Shown here piece by piece: positions 8,719 through 18,973 of a DNA stretch of 64,000 nucleotides. A program made the position numbers and the translations under genes. The notes beneath the pieces were generated by a model that worked only from the letters and a program-made list of their open reading frames with translations, was not told the origin of the DNA and did not search any database. Source of the stretch: a candidate division FCPU426 bacterium (GTDB lineage: Bacteria > Oederibacteriota > Muellerivitia > Muellerivitales > Muellerivitaceae). How positions within the stretch are numbered: the stretch's first letter is position 1; each line of letters starts with the position of its first letter. The DNA is taken from assembly GCA_963830915.1 (NCBI GenBank), contig CAWHOE010000035.1, positions 45,284 through 109,283 on the forward strand. Reading direction: 5' to 3'.

Positions 8719-10047
8719 TTACAGTATCTTCGCGGCCAGGGCGGCCAGTTGGGACCTTTCGCTCTTGGACAGGGTGATATGCCCGAACAGCTCCTGGCCC
8801 TTGAAATGCTCGGCCAGGTACACGATGCCGTTGGATGAGGCGTCCAGATAGGGGTTGTCGATCTGGTAAGGGTCGCCGGTCATGATGATCTTGGTGCCGG
8901 CCCCGGCCCTGGACACGATGGTCTTGATCTCGTGGGGGGTCAGGTTCTGGGCCTCGTCTACGATCATGAATTGTTTGGGGATGGAACGACCCCTGATATA
9001 GGTCAGGGCTTCCAGTTCCAGCTTATGGGCGTCCAACAGGTATTGGACCTTATCGTCCACATCCTCCGTCTCGTTCTGCAGGTGGCCTTTATCCAGGATG
9101 AATTCCAGGTTGTCGAAGATGGGCTGCATCCAGTTCATGAGCTTCTCGTCCTTGGTACCAGGCAGGTAGCCGATGTCCTTGCCCATGGGCACGATAGGAC
9201 GGGATACCAGGACCCTGCGGTATTTCTTCTCGTCCAGCGATTTCAAAAGGCCCGCCGCCAGGGCCAAGAGGGTCTTGCCCGTTCCGGCCTCCCCCACCAG
9301 GGTCACCATGCTGATGCGGTCATTCAAAAGGAGGTTCAGGGCGAAATGTTGTTCCAGGTTCAAGGCCTTGATGCCCCAGGCTTCCGGGTCCTTGAACCAG
9401 AGGGATTGGGCTTCCTTGGCCGAGTCCTTGTAGATGGCCCGGGCCGTCTTTCCCTCGTGGATATCGCTCTTCAGCAGGAGGAACTCGTTCTCATATAATT
9501 GGGCCTGGTTCAAATATGGTTTGAGCGCCAGCTTACCGGTTTTGTAGAAGTCATCGATCTCCGAATCTTTCACCGTGAGAGTGGCCCAACCCGAATAGAG
9601 TTCGTCGATGTTGACCTTGTTGGTCTCGAAATCCTCCGATTCCACTCCCAGCGCGTCCGCCTTCACCCGAACATTGATATCCTTCGTGATGAACCTGACA
9701 TCCTCCCCCTTCTCCTTCAAGGCCAGGGCGATACCGATGATGTTGTTATCGATCTTCATGTGGGATAGGGAAGCTGGGAGGTGGTTATTGGGGGTGCTTA
9801 TGTCGACCCTCAAAGTTCCCCCATTGGGCAAAGGCACACCGGCTGGCAGGTTCCCCTTGCTCCTCAAGTCGTCCAGCAGGCGGGCCACCTCGCGGGCGTT
9901 GCGGCCCCTCTCATCCTGGTATTTCTTGAAGGTGTCCAGTTCTTCGATGACCCCCAGGGGAATGACCACGATGTTGTCCTCGAAAGACGAGATGGCCTGA
10001 GGATTGTGGATCAGGACGTTGGTATCCAGGACAAAGGTTTTTTTCAT
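8719..10047 (-). CDS. PIN-PhoH (PhoH2-type) ribonuclease/ATPase
   Basis: PIN motif FVLDTNVL, Walker A GEAGTGKT, GYLPG, IRGRS, DEAQN, GDPYQID; real start ATG 10047 overlaps upstream stop (ATGA). Confidence 0.92.
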   Translation of the reverse strand: MKKTFVLDTNVLIHNPQAISSFEDNIVVIPLGVIEELDTFKKYQDERGRNAREVARLLDDLRSKGNLPAGVPLPNGGTLRVDISTPNNHLPASLSHMKIDNNIIGIALALKEKGEDVRFITKDINVRVKADALGVESEDFETNKVNIDELYSGWATLTVKDSEIDDFYKTGKLALKPYLNQAQLYENEFLLLKSDIHEGKTARAIYKDSAKEAQSLWFKDPEAWGIKALNLEQHFALNLLLNDRISMVTLVGEAGTGKTLLALAAGLLKSLDEKKYRRVLVSRPIVPMGKDIGYLPGTKDEKLMNWMQPIFDNLEFILDKGHLQNETEDVDDKVQYLLDAHKLELEALTYIRGRSIPKQFMIVDEAQNLTPHEIKTIVSRAGAGTKIIMTGDPYQIDNPYLDASSNGIVYLAEHFKGQELFGHITLSKSERSQLAALAAKIL

Positions 10048-10740
10048 GGGACATGCGCCTCCGGGCGGGAGAGATGGGGCTTCACCAGCTGGAACAACGA
10101 CAGGGCCAATTGCCAGGCCCATTGGATTGTATCGGTAACGGCTTTTGAAAGAGGCAAGACTTGAGGCCAAACCAGCGCGGTCAGTAACATTACGACAATC
10201 ATATTACCCGCCAAAATGAAAATCAATGAGAACACCACGCCTCCGTCCTTCAGGTCCGTCTGGGGATGGGAGAGGGAATAAATTGTCAGCGCGATGTGGA
10301 AGGCGTAGGTGAATCCGATGAGTCCCAGGAGATAGATCTTGAAGGGCTCGGCCGCGATGGCGTAAAGACCCACCGTAACAGCCGTGTAAAAAGGGAAGAT
10401 ATAGGGCGCCAAACTGATGAAGATGTGCGATTTGTTGACCACCGTAGAACCGCCGGTCGTCGTGGCGTGGATGGCCGTGACCTTCCCGCCCATCAGGACC
10501 GCGGCCAGGGCGTGGGTCAGTTCGTGGGCCATCACGTGGCTGAGGATGGGTTTGAAAAAAGCCACTTGAAGGACCAGGTAAAGGACCATTCCGCCCAGAA
10601 AAACCAGGGTAATCTCCGACCGCCAGGGAATAAAGCAAAGGGATTTAGCCCAGACGACCGCCATGGCGGCCGTCCCAGACCAGCAGAACGCCGAAGAAAA
10701 CTTTCAATATCAAACCAAAGAGGAATTTCTTGACCGCCAA
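10044..10740 (-). CDS. M50B-like membrane metallopeptidase; N-terminal TM segment separated by an apparent frameshift near 10675
   Basis: HELTH zinc motif and SLAPY in ORF 10044-10664; TTG 10740 gives MAVKKFLFGLILKVFFGVLLV in an adjacent frame. Confidence 0.65.
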
Positions 10741-10769
10741 TATTCACGACCTGTCAGGTTGGATTTTTC

Positions 10770-11687
10770 TTAAGCTTCCGCATCCTCATCATCATGAGGC
10801 GCTTCCTGGTCCCACTGGATCTCCATGGCGATCTTATAAACCACTTCCCGGGGCAGGTCCCGAAGTTTGCAGACCGCCTTCACCGCCTCGGTCTTGGAAT
10901 GGTGCTGTTCCTTCATCAATTGGACCAGTTGGTCGGCGATGGAAACACCCACCCATTTCTCCTGGTCCGAATGGTCGACCTTCTCCCCGCCCTCCACCAC
11001 AATGACGAACTCACCCATCGGCTCGTTGGTCTTGAAATGTTTCCATAGTTCCTGCAGGTTCCCCCGGACGAACTCCTCGTGCATCTTGGTCAATTCCCTC
11101 CCCACCACCGCCTGGCGGTTCCCGAACACGTTCATCATGTCTTTCAAGCTGTTGCGCATCCGATGGGGGGACTCGTAGAAGACCAGGGTCCTTTCCTCTG
11201 ACTTCACTTGATGAAGGGCCGTGCGCCGGTCAGCCGGTTTGGAAGGCAGGAAACCCATGAAGGTAAAGGGAGTGGAAGGAAAACCGGTGGCGGGCAGGAC
11301 CGCCAAAAGGGCGGAAGCCCCAGGGATAGGCACTACCGCAAAACCCTTTTCGACCACCGCCTTGACCACGAGATAACCGGGATCGGAAATGCCCGGCATC
11401 CCCGCGTCCGAAACCAGGGCCACCGAGCCTCCCTCTTCCAGGGTCTTCAGTATCTCCCCCAGCCTTTTGGCCTCGTTATGCTCGAAACAGGAAATGAGCC
11501 TGGTTGGCTGGATGCCAAAATGGGTTAATAACTTCAAGGTGTTGCGGGTATCCTCAGCGGCAATGAGAGTGGCTCCCTTGAGCACCTTCAATGCGCGAGA
11601 GGTCATATCCTCTAGATTTCCGATGGGAGTAGCCACCAGGTAAAGGGTGGATGGCTTGATGGCGTTCTTTTCGCTATTTACGGACAC
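10770..11687 (-). CDS. rsmI: 16S rRNA C1402 2'-O-methyltransferase
   Basis: LYLVATPIGNLED, AAEDTR, SDAGMPGISDPG, YESPHR, RELTKMHEE. Confidence 0.97.
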   Translation of the reverse strand: MSVNSEKNAIKPSTLYLVATPIGNLEDMTSRALKVLKGATLIAAEDTRNTLKLLTHFGIQPTRLISCFEHNEAKRLGEILKTLEEGGSVALVSDAGMPGISDPGYLVVKAVVEKGFAVVPIPGASALLAVLPATGFPSTPFTFMGFLPSKPADRRTALHQVKSEERTLVFYESPHRMRNSLKDMMNVFGNRQAVVGRELTKMHEEFVRGNLQELWKHFKTNEPMGEFVIVVEGGEKVDHSDQEKWVGVSIADQLVQLMKEQHHSKTEAVKAVCKLRDLPREVVYKIAMEIQWDQEAPHDDEDAEA

Positions 11688-12288
11688 GGCGCCTTCCCTT
11701 CTTGGGTTTAGATCTTGAAATCTCAGGATTTGAAGAATGTGTTTTGGCTTGGTTCATTGTAAATGGCTTCGTGACCGTCCACATCGCCCAACCGATGGCC
11801 ATTCCTATCAGCCATCCCCCCAGAACATCCGAAGGGTAATGCACCCCCAAATAAACACGGGAAAGCCCTACTAAAAAAGCCACCAAAGCGCAAAACCAGG
11901 CCCAGGGCGGATAGGCCAGCGCTAATAGGGTCATGGAGCCTCCCATGTTGGTGGCATGGCTGGAAGGGAAAGAATAAGAAGAGGGTTTATCGTCCGGTGT
12001 CAGGACCCCGGACAGGGCGTTGCATGGGCGGACACGGTCGAAGAGCCCCTTGAAAACATGGGCTGAAAGTTGGTCCGTCAAGAGGACCGTTAGGATAAGG
12101 GCCAGCGCCATCCATCGGCCTTTTTTGCCCCCTTTAAAAAGGAGAAGCAAAAGCAAAAGAAGGATCAGGATATTGAAATGATGGTAATTGGTGATGAAGC
12201 GGAAGAACCCGTCCAACCATTGGTTGGACCAACCCTCATTGATCCATCGAAAGATGGCCACATCCACGGAATAAAGGAAGGTTCCCAA
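11674..12288 (-). CDS. PAP2-family membrane phosphatase (possible undecaprenyl-PP phosphatase)
   Basis: KxxxxRxRP, SFPSSH, SRVYLGVHYPSD motifs. Confidence 0.9.
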   Translation of the reverse strand: MGTFLYSVDVAIFRWINEGWSNQWLDGFFRFITNYHHFNILILLLLLLLLFKGGKKGRWMALALILTVLLTDQLSAHVFKGLFDRVRPCNALSGVLTPDDKPSSYSFPSSHATNMGGSMTLLALAYPPWAWFCALVAFLVGLSRVYLGVHYPSDVLGGWLIGMAIGWAMWTVTKPFTMNQAKTHSSNPEISRSKPKKGRRRVRK

Positions 12289-12292
12289 GGGA

Positions 12293-13408
12293 TCAAACAG
12301 CCAATGGGACGGGGTCGGTTTCGGGAAGGGTCCGGTGGAGCTCTTCCAGGCTCTTGATCACCCACTCGGCGTCATCCGAGGTCAGCAGTTTCTGACGCAG
12401 GTCCCGGGCCCCCACGAACCCCTTCAGGTAATGGGAAAGATGCTTGCGCATCTCAAGTAATCCCATCCGAGACCCCTTTACCTCGATGGAGCATTTCAAC
12501 TGTTCCAAGGCCACTCCCATCTTGTACTTCAAAGATAGGATCTTCATGGGCTTCCCCGTTTCCAGGTAATGGTTGATCTCCTCGAAGATCCAGGGCGAAC
12601 CCATGCTTCCCCGGCCGATCATGATGCCGTCGCAGCCGGTCTGCTGGAAAAGCTTCCAGGCGTCCTCGGCCGATCTGACATCCCCGTTCCCGATGATAGG
12701 GATGCGGGCCTTCTGCTTCAGCCGGGTAATGATGTCCCAATTGGCCTTGCCCTCGAACATCTGGTCGCGGGTCCGGGCGTGGACCGCCAGGGCCGAGGCC
12801 CCGGCCTCCTCCACCGAGTGGAGCAATTCGAAGACCGACTCATCCTGGGCGCCGAAACCGGCTCGGGTCTTGACCGTAATGGGCACCCTGCCCCCGGTCG
12901 ACTTCACCATGGCCTCCACGATCCAACCGGCCCTCTGGGGTTCCTTGAGCACCGCCGCCCCGGAGTCGCATTTGAGGATCTTTCCCACCGGACAGCCGAA
13001 ATTGATGTCGATGACGTCCGGATGGATGTCCCCCTCCACCCTGGCCGCCGCCTCACCCATGATGGCGGGATCCCCGCCAAAAAGTTGCACACCCACGGGC
13101 CTTTCAGGGTCGGTGAATTCCATCAATTCGCGGGTCTTGTCGCTTCCGGCAATGAGGGCACGGGAACTGACCATCTCGGTAACGACCATGGCCGCTCCGT
13201 AACGCCGGGCCAAACGCCGGAAGGCCGTGTCGGTATAACCCGCCATGGGGGCCAGGAAAACACGCCCATCCAGGGTGAGATTGCCCAGTTTGAACTCCCT
13301 GGCTGGTTTACCCATCCCCTCCAGGGGGGCGTCAGACAATTCATCCGCCGGTTTTCGGTTGGAGGGAGTCTCGATGGATTCTGGGTCTTGTCGGGCAAGA
13401 ACGCTCAT
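12293..13408 (-). CDS. dusB: tRNA-dihydrouridine synthase DusB
   Basis: LAPMAG, INFGCP, VHARTR, GNGDV, MIGRG. Confidence 0.92.
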   Translation of the reverse strand: MSVLARQDPESIETPSNRKPADELSDAPLEGMGKPAREFKLGNLTLDGRVFLAPMAGYTDTAFRRLARRYGAAMVVTEMVSSRALIAGSDKTRELMEFTDPERPVGVQLFGGDPAIMGEAAARVEGDIHPDVIDINFGCPVGKILKCDSGAAVLKEPQRAGWIVEAMVKSTGGRVPITVKTRAGFGAQDESVFELLHSVEEAGASALAVHARTRDQMFEGKANWDIITRLKQKARIPIIGNGDVRSAEDAWKLFQQTGCDGIMIGRGSMGSPWIFEEINHYLETGKPMKILSLKYKMGVALEQLKCSIEVKGSRMGLLEMRKHLSHYLKGFVGARDLRQKLLTSDDAEWVIKSLEELHRTLPETDPVPLAV

Positions 13409-13582
13409 GCGTTAACCCGCTCGAGGCCCGAAAAGATGATAACTGGATGGGATTTTAAGGAATTTTCTTTCATCGGCTCATTGTAGCAAGAAGGGGGTAT
13501 GGCTGGAAGGGTACTCAAAAACCTCTACGCAATCAATTTTCAGAAGGCGAAATGAGCCCAAACTTATGCTGAATGACCTCGA

Positions 13583-13846
13583 CCAGAGGCGACCGAGGCC
13601 TGGCCGGTAGCTGACCGGGGGGTGGCCGGTAACCGGCCAGAGGCGACAGGGCCCGGCCGGTAGCTGACCGGGGGGTGGCCGGTAACCGGCCAAAGGCGAC
13701 AGGGGCCCGACCGGTAGCTGACCGGGGGGTGGCCGGTAACCGGCCAGAGGCGACCGGGGGGTGGCCGGTAACCGGCTAGAGGCGACCGGGGCCCAGCCGG
13801 TAGCTGACCGGGGGGTGGCCGGTAACCGGTCAGAGACGACCGGGGG
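13583..13846. repeat. GC-rich minisatellite, ~54-bp unit (unit lengths 54,53,54,32,54)
   Basis: Unit CCAGAGGCGAC-N9/10-CCGGTAGCTGACCGGGGGGTGGCCGGTAACCGG starting 13583, 13637, 13690, 13744, 13776, partial 13830. Confidence 0.95.
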
Positions 13847-13903
13847 AGAAAATAATGGTTTTTAAGAATTCAAGCTCTCCGCTGATGGAATGGTAGCTTC
13901 AGT

Positions 13904-14914
13904 TCAATAAAAAGAACCGGTGGGGTTGGCGGTGGCTGAAAAATCCGCCGATTTACCCAAGGCCAATTGGTGGGCCCCTAGCCCGGCGATCATGGCGGCG
14001 TTATCCGAGCAAAACTTGGGCGGAGGGACCCTCAGAACCGCCTTGAAGTCGTTAGCTTCTTTCTTCAAGGCTTCCCTGACCGCCTGATTACAGGCCACTC
14101 CCCCGCCGACAAGCAGGCTCTTGGGCCTTGCCTCGAACATGGCTTTGCGGACCCTCAGGATGATCTCCTCGATGACGGTGTTCTGGAACTTGGCGGCGAA
14201 ATGGGCCATGTCCTTCTCATCCTTGGGCGGGTTTTTTTTGAATTCCAGGGAGGCCGCTGTCTTGAGCCCGGAGAAAGAAAAATCCTGGCTGTGATCCTTC
14301 ATTCGGGAGAGGGAAAAATGACCCGGCGCTCCCTGGTGCTTCTGGGCCAATTTTTCGATCAAAGGCCCCCCGGGGTAGCCCAAGCCCATCATTTTGGCGA
14401 CCTTGTCATAAGCTTCCCCCGCCGCGTCATCACGGGTGGAAGCAAGTAGACGGTAAACTCCCCAATCCTCGATATGGTAAAGCTCGGTGTGACCGCCGGA
14501 CACGACCAGACCGATGGCCGGGAAAAGGACAGGTTCGTCATTGAGTCTGGCGGCGTATAGATGGGCCTCGATATGGTGTATAGCGACGAAGGGAATCTTG
14601 AGGCTGAGGGCCAGACCCTTGGCCGCGGATAGCCCAATTAAAAGTGCCCCGATCAACCCAGGCGAGGCCGTCACGGCGATACCCGAAAGGTCGTCATAAG
14701 CCACCTGGGCTTGTTTCAAAGCCGAGGGAATGAGGATGGGAAGGGATTCCAGATGCTGGCGGGAGGCCACTTCCGGCACCACGCCCCCGTAACGGTTATG
14801 CAGTTCGATCTGGGTGGCGACCTCATTGGAAAGTACCCGGTAGCCGTCCTCGACCACCGCCACCGACGTTTCGTCGCAGGAGGATTCAATACCCAGAACC
14901 AAATTCTTAGCCAT
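13904..14914 (-). CDS. tsaD: tRNA t6A biosynthesis protein TsaD
   Basis: LGIESSCDET, GGVVPEVASRQH, HHIEAH, VSGGHT, DDAAGEAYDK, DNAAMI; ATG at 14914. Confidence 0.97.
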   Translation of the reverse strand: MAKNLVLGIESSCDETSVAVVEDGYRVLSNEVATQIELHNRYGGVVPEVASRQHLESLPILIPSALKQAQVAYDDLSGIAVTASPGLIGALLIGLSAAKGLALSLKIPFVAIHHIEAHLYAARLNDEPVLFPAIGLVVSGGHTELYHIEDWGVYRLLASTRDDAAGEAYDKVAKMMGLGYPGGPLIEKLAQKHQGAPGHFSLSRMKDHSQDFSFSGLKTAASLEFKKNPPKDEKDMAHFAAKFQNTVIEEIILRVRKAMFEARPKSLLVGGGVACNQAVREALKKEANDFKAVLRVPPPKFCSDNAAMIAGLGAHQLALGKSADFSATANPTGSFY

Positions 14915-14958
14915 AAAAATTCCCTCGATGAAAACTTTCAAATAAACGCAAAGACCCT

Positions 14959-16125
14959 CTATTCTTTCACAGCCTCGGATAGATACACGAACTGGATACC
15001 CTGACCCTGGAGTCTTTGGACTTCTTCGGCCATCGTTTTCAAGGTCACATACTTGAAATGACCGATCCCAACCGCCAGCCCGTTCTTCTTGGCTTTCGCC
15101 ACCAATTTATCCATTTGTTGACGGATCTTCTCGGGCGACACCACATTATCCAGGAAGATGTCCCGGTGGGAATGGGCAAGTTGGATCTTCTCGGCTTCCT
15201 TTTCCCCCACGGTCGCCACTGAGGTCCGGGAATCCAGGAAAAAAAGCCCTCTTTTTTTGAGCCAATCGCAGACCGCCGACATCAATTGGGGATCGGTGGA
15301 AGCCAGGCTTCCCATATGGTTGTTCAATCCCACGCAACCCGGGATATTATCGAAAGCCGCCTGAAGATTCCGTTCCACATCGGGAACGCTCATCCCTCTT
15401 TTCAAGTATTCGGGATAAGCCCCTTTGGGGAACTTTTCCGTTCCTTCCATGGGCATATGACAGATGACCTCGATGCCATGGGAGGGCACATCCTTGGCCA
15501 GGCTGGTGGAGAACTCCGTCCCCGGGATGAGAGCCAGGGTCACGGGCACCTTGAAATCATAAAGACGTTCCAGCGCCTCTCCCCTCTGGTAACCCCCGTC
15601 GTCGATGATCAGGCAGATACGCGGTTTCTTGGTCTGAATGAAGGTGATCTCGACCGGCGTCCAGGAATCATCGAACCCGAAGCTATAGCGGAAAAGGCTG
15701 ACCGTCGGAACCCCTGACACCGAGCCGGATCTTTGAGTGACCTTGACCCCAAAAGGCTTGGCGGTTTGGGCCAAACGTTCGGCCAATTGGTCGGCGGTAT
15801 AGCGGGCGGGCAGGCGGAAACTTTCACGGTAGGTGGAAGCGGTTTTGCCCTGGACGGTGGCCGACTCCTCGAGGATCTCCCCTTCCCTCAACTTCAAAAC
15901 ATCCAGGGTTTCCAACTCATCGTTCAAAGTCTTGAGCAGGGTTGCCGAAGTCACCTGGTTGGAAGGGATGGAAGCCACGGGAGTGGGTGTCCCGGAAGGC
16001 AGGGTGGGTGTTCTCAAGTACCACCGAAGGAGCAACCCCACCGCGCCAGCCACCAGCAACACCAGGGCCAGGTTCAATAAAAAGCCCCGCAGTTCCCCTC
16101 TTTGGCCCAACCGCCGGGGGCTCAA
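14959..16125 (-). CDS. Divergent polysaccharide deacetylase (YibQ-like) with N-terminal membrane anchor
   Basis: IIDDGG, HMPME, NNHMGS, FLDSRT, RDIFLD, GIGH; usual position after ctpA. Confidence 0.9.
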   Translation of the reverse strand: MSPRRLGQRGELRGFLLNLALVLLVAGAVGLLLRWYLRTPTLPSGTPTPVASIPSNQVTSATLLKTLNDELETLDVLKLREGEILEESATVQGKTASTYRESFRLPARYTADQLAERLAQTAKPFGVKVTQRSGSVSGVPTVSLFRYSFGFDDSWTPVEITFIQTKKPRICLIIDDGGYQRGEALERLYDFKVPVTLALIPGTEFSTSLAKDVPSHGIEVICHMPMEGTEKFPKGAYPEYLKRGMSVPDVERNLQAAFDNIPGCVGLNNHMGSLASTDPQLMSAVCDWLKKRGLFFLDSRTSVATVGEKEAEKIQLAHSHRDIFLDNVVSPEKIRQQMDKLVAKAKKNGLAVGIGHFKYVTLKTMAEEVQRLQGQGIQFVYLSEAVKE

Positions 16126-16134
16126 CGAAAAGCC

Positions 16135-17697
16135 TTATTGCTGATCATCGTCTTTGGGCTTTTTACGCTCTTCCTCAAGCTTCTTTTCACCCGCGACCGC
16201 GTCCTTATCCGCCTTCTTCACGGGATATTTGGCCAACAACTCCTTGCTGATCTTCCCGTCATTCTTGATGATCTGTTCGGCGATGAGGACCTGAGGGTCC
16301 CGGATGACCGCGTCCTCGCGGGCTTCCTTCTCCCCTAATTTCTCCCGGATCAGTTCCACCAGCAGGCTGTTCTTCAGGTAGTCCTGGTCCTTCTTGAGCT
16401 CGTCCTTGTCGATCTTTTTGACGTTCTTGGCGCAATAGGCGTAGAAGTCTTCCATCATCTTGGGGGTGATGGCCATATCGGCGGTGACCTCGATCTTCTT
16501 TTTCACCAGTTCCTGGGCGAACTTTTCCGGCATCTGCTTGCTATAGACCTTCAGGGTGGACTCGGAAATATCATGGTCCTTCAGGTCCAGGTCCGGATCG
16601 ATCCCGATACCGTGGATGCAGATATGGTTGGGGGTGAAATACTTGGCCATGGTGAGGCGCAAGGCGGCCCCGTCGCTGTTATCCAGGGGCAGGATGGTCT
16701 GGACCGATCCCTTGCCGAAGGTCTTGGTCCCGATGAGCACGCCCCTTTTCCAATCCTTCAGGGCTCCGGCCACGATCTCGGCCCCGGAGGCGCTTCCCTC
16801 GTTGACCATGACCACGACCGGCTTTTTCTTGTCGAATTTGTCGCCTTCGGTCACATGGAACACCTGGTTCTGGTTGACGCTCCGGCCCTCGGTGGAAACG
16901 ATGGTCTTGCCGTCCTCGCCGAAGTAGTCGGACACTCCGACCGCCTCATTGAGCAATCCCCCCGGGTCGTTACGCAGGTCGATCACCAAGCCCTTCAAGG
17001 GCGACTGCTTCTGGAGCGCGTTGACGGCGTTCACGAAATCCTCGGTGGTATTCTCGATGAACTCGGAGATGCGCACATAACCGATGTCGCCGGGAAGCAT
17101 ATAGGACCGGATGCTCTCGATCTTGATGGCGTCCCGCACGATGGTCACGTCGAAAGGCTCATTCAGCCCTTCCCGGACGATGGTGATGGTGACCTTGGTG
17201 CCGATCTTGCCCCGGAGGCGCTTGACCGCGTCGTTGATGGTCATCATGTCGGTCTTTTCGTCGTTGATCTTGACGATCTTGTCTCCCGCCTTGATGCCGG
17301 CCCGATCCGCCGGGGTGCCCTCAATGGGCGAGATGACCGTCAGACGGTCGTCCTTCAGGGCGATCTCGATGCCCAATCCCCCGAACTTGCCCGAGGTCTC
17401 GGTCTGCATCTCTTTGTAATCCTCTGGGGGCATGAACTGGCTGAAGGGATCCAGGGTGGCGACCATTCCCTGCAGGGCCCCATAGATGAGGTCCTTCGGG
17501 TTGGTCTTGTCCACATCCACATACTTCTCGCGGATGATGGCCAAGGCGTCCACGAAGGGATTGAGGTACTTGTAAACGTCCTCTGAAGTTTCCTTGGGAT
17601 TATTGTTGGATTGCGTCACGGCCCCGGCGGTGAAGCTCACCACCGAGAGGGTGATCAGCATGAAGGCCACGGTCAAAAAGGATGGACGACGATTCAT
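16135..17697 (-). CDS. ctpA: S41 carboxy-terminal processing protease
   Basis: PDZ GGLGI, DLRNDPGG, SASGAEI, TFGKGSVQ. Confidence 0.93.
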   Translation of the reverse strand: MNRRPSFLTVAFMLITLSVVSFTAGAVTQSNNNPKETSEDVYKYLNPFVDALAIIREKYVDVDKTNPKDLIYGALQGMVATLDPFSQFMPPEDYKEMQTETSGKFGGLGIEIALKDDRLTVISPIEGTPADRAGIKAGDKIVKINDEKTDMMTINDAVKRLRGKIGTKVTITIVREGLNEPFDVTIVRDAIKIESIRSYMLPGDIGYVRISEFIENTTEDFVNAVNALQKQSPLKGLVIDLRNDPGGLLNEAVGVSDYFGEDGKTIVSTEGRSVNQNQVFHVTEGDKFDKKKPVVVMVNEGSASGAEIVAGALKDWKRGVLIGTKTFGKGSVQTILPLDNSDGAALRLTMAKYFTPNHICIHGIGIDPDLDLKDHDISESTLKVYSKQMPEKFAQELVKKKIEVTADMAITPKMMEDFYAYCAKNVKKIDKDELKKDQDYLKNSLLVELIREKLGEKEAREDAVIRDPQVLIAEQIIKNDGKISKELLAKYPVKKADKDAVAGEKKLEEERKKPKDDDQQ

Positions 17698-17734
17698 GAC
17701 TTCCTCCTAGGATTTTCAGCTTGGCTTGGGACGA

Positions 17735-18973
17735 TCAGGAACGGTGTTTCAACCAACGGATGGGATCTTGGGGCACTCCGTCCTTCCGGATCTCGAAATA
17801 AAGGCTGCTCCCGACCAGGGAACCCGTGTCCCCAACGGTCCCGATGACCTGGCCCGCGGCGACTTTTTGGCCTTCGGTCACGTTCAATTCATTGGCTTGA
17901 GCGTAGAGAGAATAATACCCTTGGCCGTGGTCTAAAATCACTAACTTTCCATAACCTTTGAACCAGTCGGCGTATCGAACGTTGCCCGCCGCCACCGCCC
18001 GGATGGGAGTTCCCATGGGCGCCTTGATCTGGATGCCCGTATTATCCACTACCGCGTTGAACTCCTTATTCTTATGGCTCCCGAATGAATAATCGGGGAG
18101 TATCTCGCCCGTAACGGGCCAGGGGATCCTGCCCCGAACGACCTTGAGCCCTTTTCCGACCGGCGCCGACGCCGCCGCCACTTTCTTGACCTCCGTCGCG
18201 GTCTTCAACAACAAGGAAACTTTCGCCTGCAGGTCCTGGGCGCGGTCGTTCAGTTCGGAGATGGTCTGTTCCCGGAGCTCTTGTTGACGCTTGATGGAGG
18301 TGATGAAAACGGTCCGCTTCGATCTTTCCCTCGAGAAGTTCTTTTCCCTCCGGCCGAGGGAAGCCATTAGGATCTCCTTGCGGTGCTCTTCCTCGCCCCA
18401 TTGGTTGGAAGCTGTCTCCAGAACCTGCTCATGCCGCAGGGTTTGGGCCAGGATCTTCTCGTTGGACTTGGCCAACAGCATGCCGAACTTGAGCTTCCGG
18501 GCCAGGTCCCCGAAATTATCCGAACTCAACAATCCGCCCAGGAAAGGGGTCCGGAAGGACATTCGATGCAACGCCCGCAAACGGCGGCCCAGGATGAGCC
18601 GGCTCTGGACCAACTGGGTCTGGTTCTGGGCGATATCGAATCGCAATCGGTCGATGCGGTCGCGGGTCGCTCCTAGGTCGTCCTCATTGGCTTCCTTTTC
18701 CTGCCGGAGCTTGTTCAGGGCCTGGTCCACCTTCTGAAGCCTGGCCAGGACGCTTCTTTCCCGGGCGGCGGCCAGTCTTTGCTTTTTCTTCTCTTCCTGG
18801 AGTTCTTTCTGGACTTCCGCCAAACCTTTCTTGTTCTGGAGGATGTTCTGTTTGATCTGGGTCAGGTCTTTGGCGGGAGTGGGAGCGGGAACGGATTGGG
18901 CGAGACAAGGCGCTGACCCCATCAGGCCCAGGGCCAGGAAAGCCAGCCATTGGCCGAGAAAGGACCGTTTCAC
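17735..18973 (-). CDS. envC: Murein hydrolase activator EnvC (coiled coil plus degenerate M23/LytM)
   Basis: GTG 18973 overlaps ftsX stop; signal peptide, long coiled coil, WPVTG, GYGKLVILDH, LYFEIR; metal ligands absent (NTGIQI, YAQ) as expected for EnvC. Confidence 0.85.
   Translation of the reverse strand: MKRSFLGQWLAFLALGLMGSAPCLAQSVPAPTPAKDLTQIKQNILQNKKGLAEVQKELQEEKKKQRLAAARERSVLARLQKVDQALNKLRQEKEANEDDLGATRDRIDRLRFDIAQNQTQLVQSRLILGRRLRALHRMSFRTPFLGGLLSSDNFGDLARKLKFGMLLAKSNEKILAQTLRHEQVLETASNQWGEEEHRKEILMASLGRREKNFSRERSKRTVFITSIKRQQELREQTISELNDRAQDLQAKVSLLLKTATEVKKVAAASAPVGKGLKVVRGRIPWPVTGEILPDYSFGSHKNKEFNAVVDNTGIQIKAPMGTPIRAVAAGNVRYADWFKGYGKLVILDHGQGYYSLYAQANELNVTEGQKVAAGQVIGTVGDTGSLVGSSLYFEIRKDGVPQDPIRWLKHRS

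Noticed and set aside
13478..13693. Repeat-encoded small protein
   Set aside because: Unit lengths 53 and 32 break frame; no RBS; composition simply mirrors the repeat
13583..13846. CRISPR array
   Set aside because: Variable parts are only 9-10 nt and resemble each other; no unique spacers, leader or cas genes
16573..17586. Long plus-strand ORFs antisense to ctpA (also 12569-13486, 29058-30104, 6038-6895 and similar)
   Set aside because: Shadow ORFs of GC-rich genes; no recognisable motifs, fully overlapping well-supported minus-strand genes
17735..18100. Inactive M23 domain as a novelty
   Set aside because: Loss of zinc ligands is the established state for EnvC
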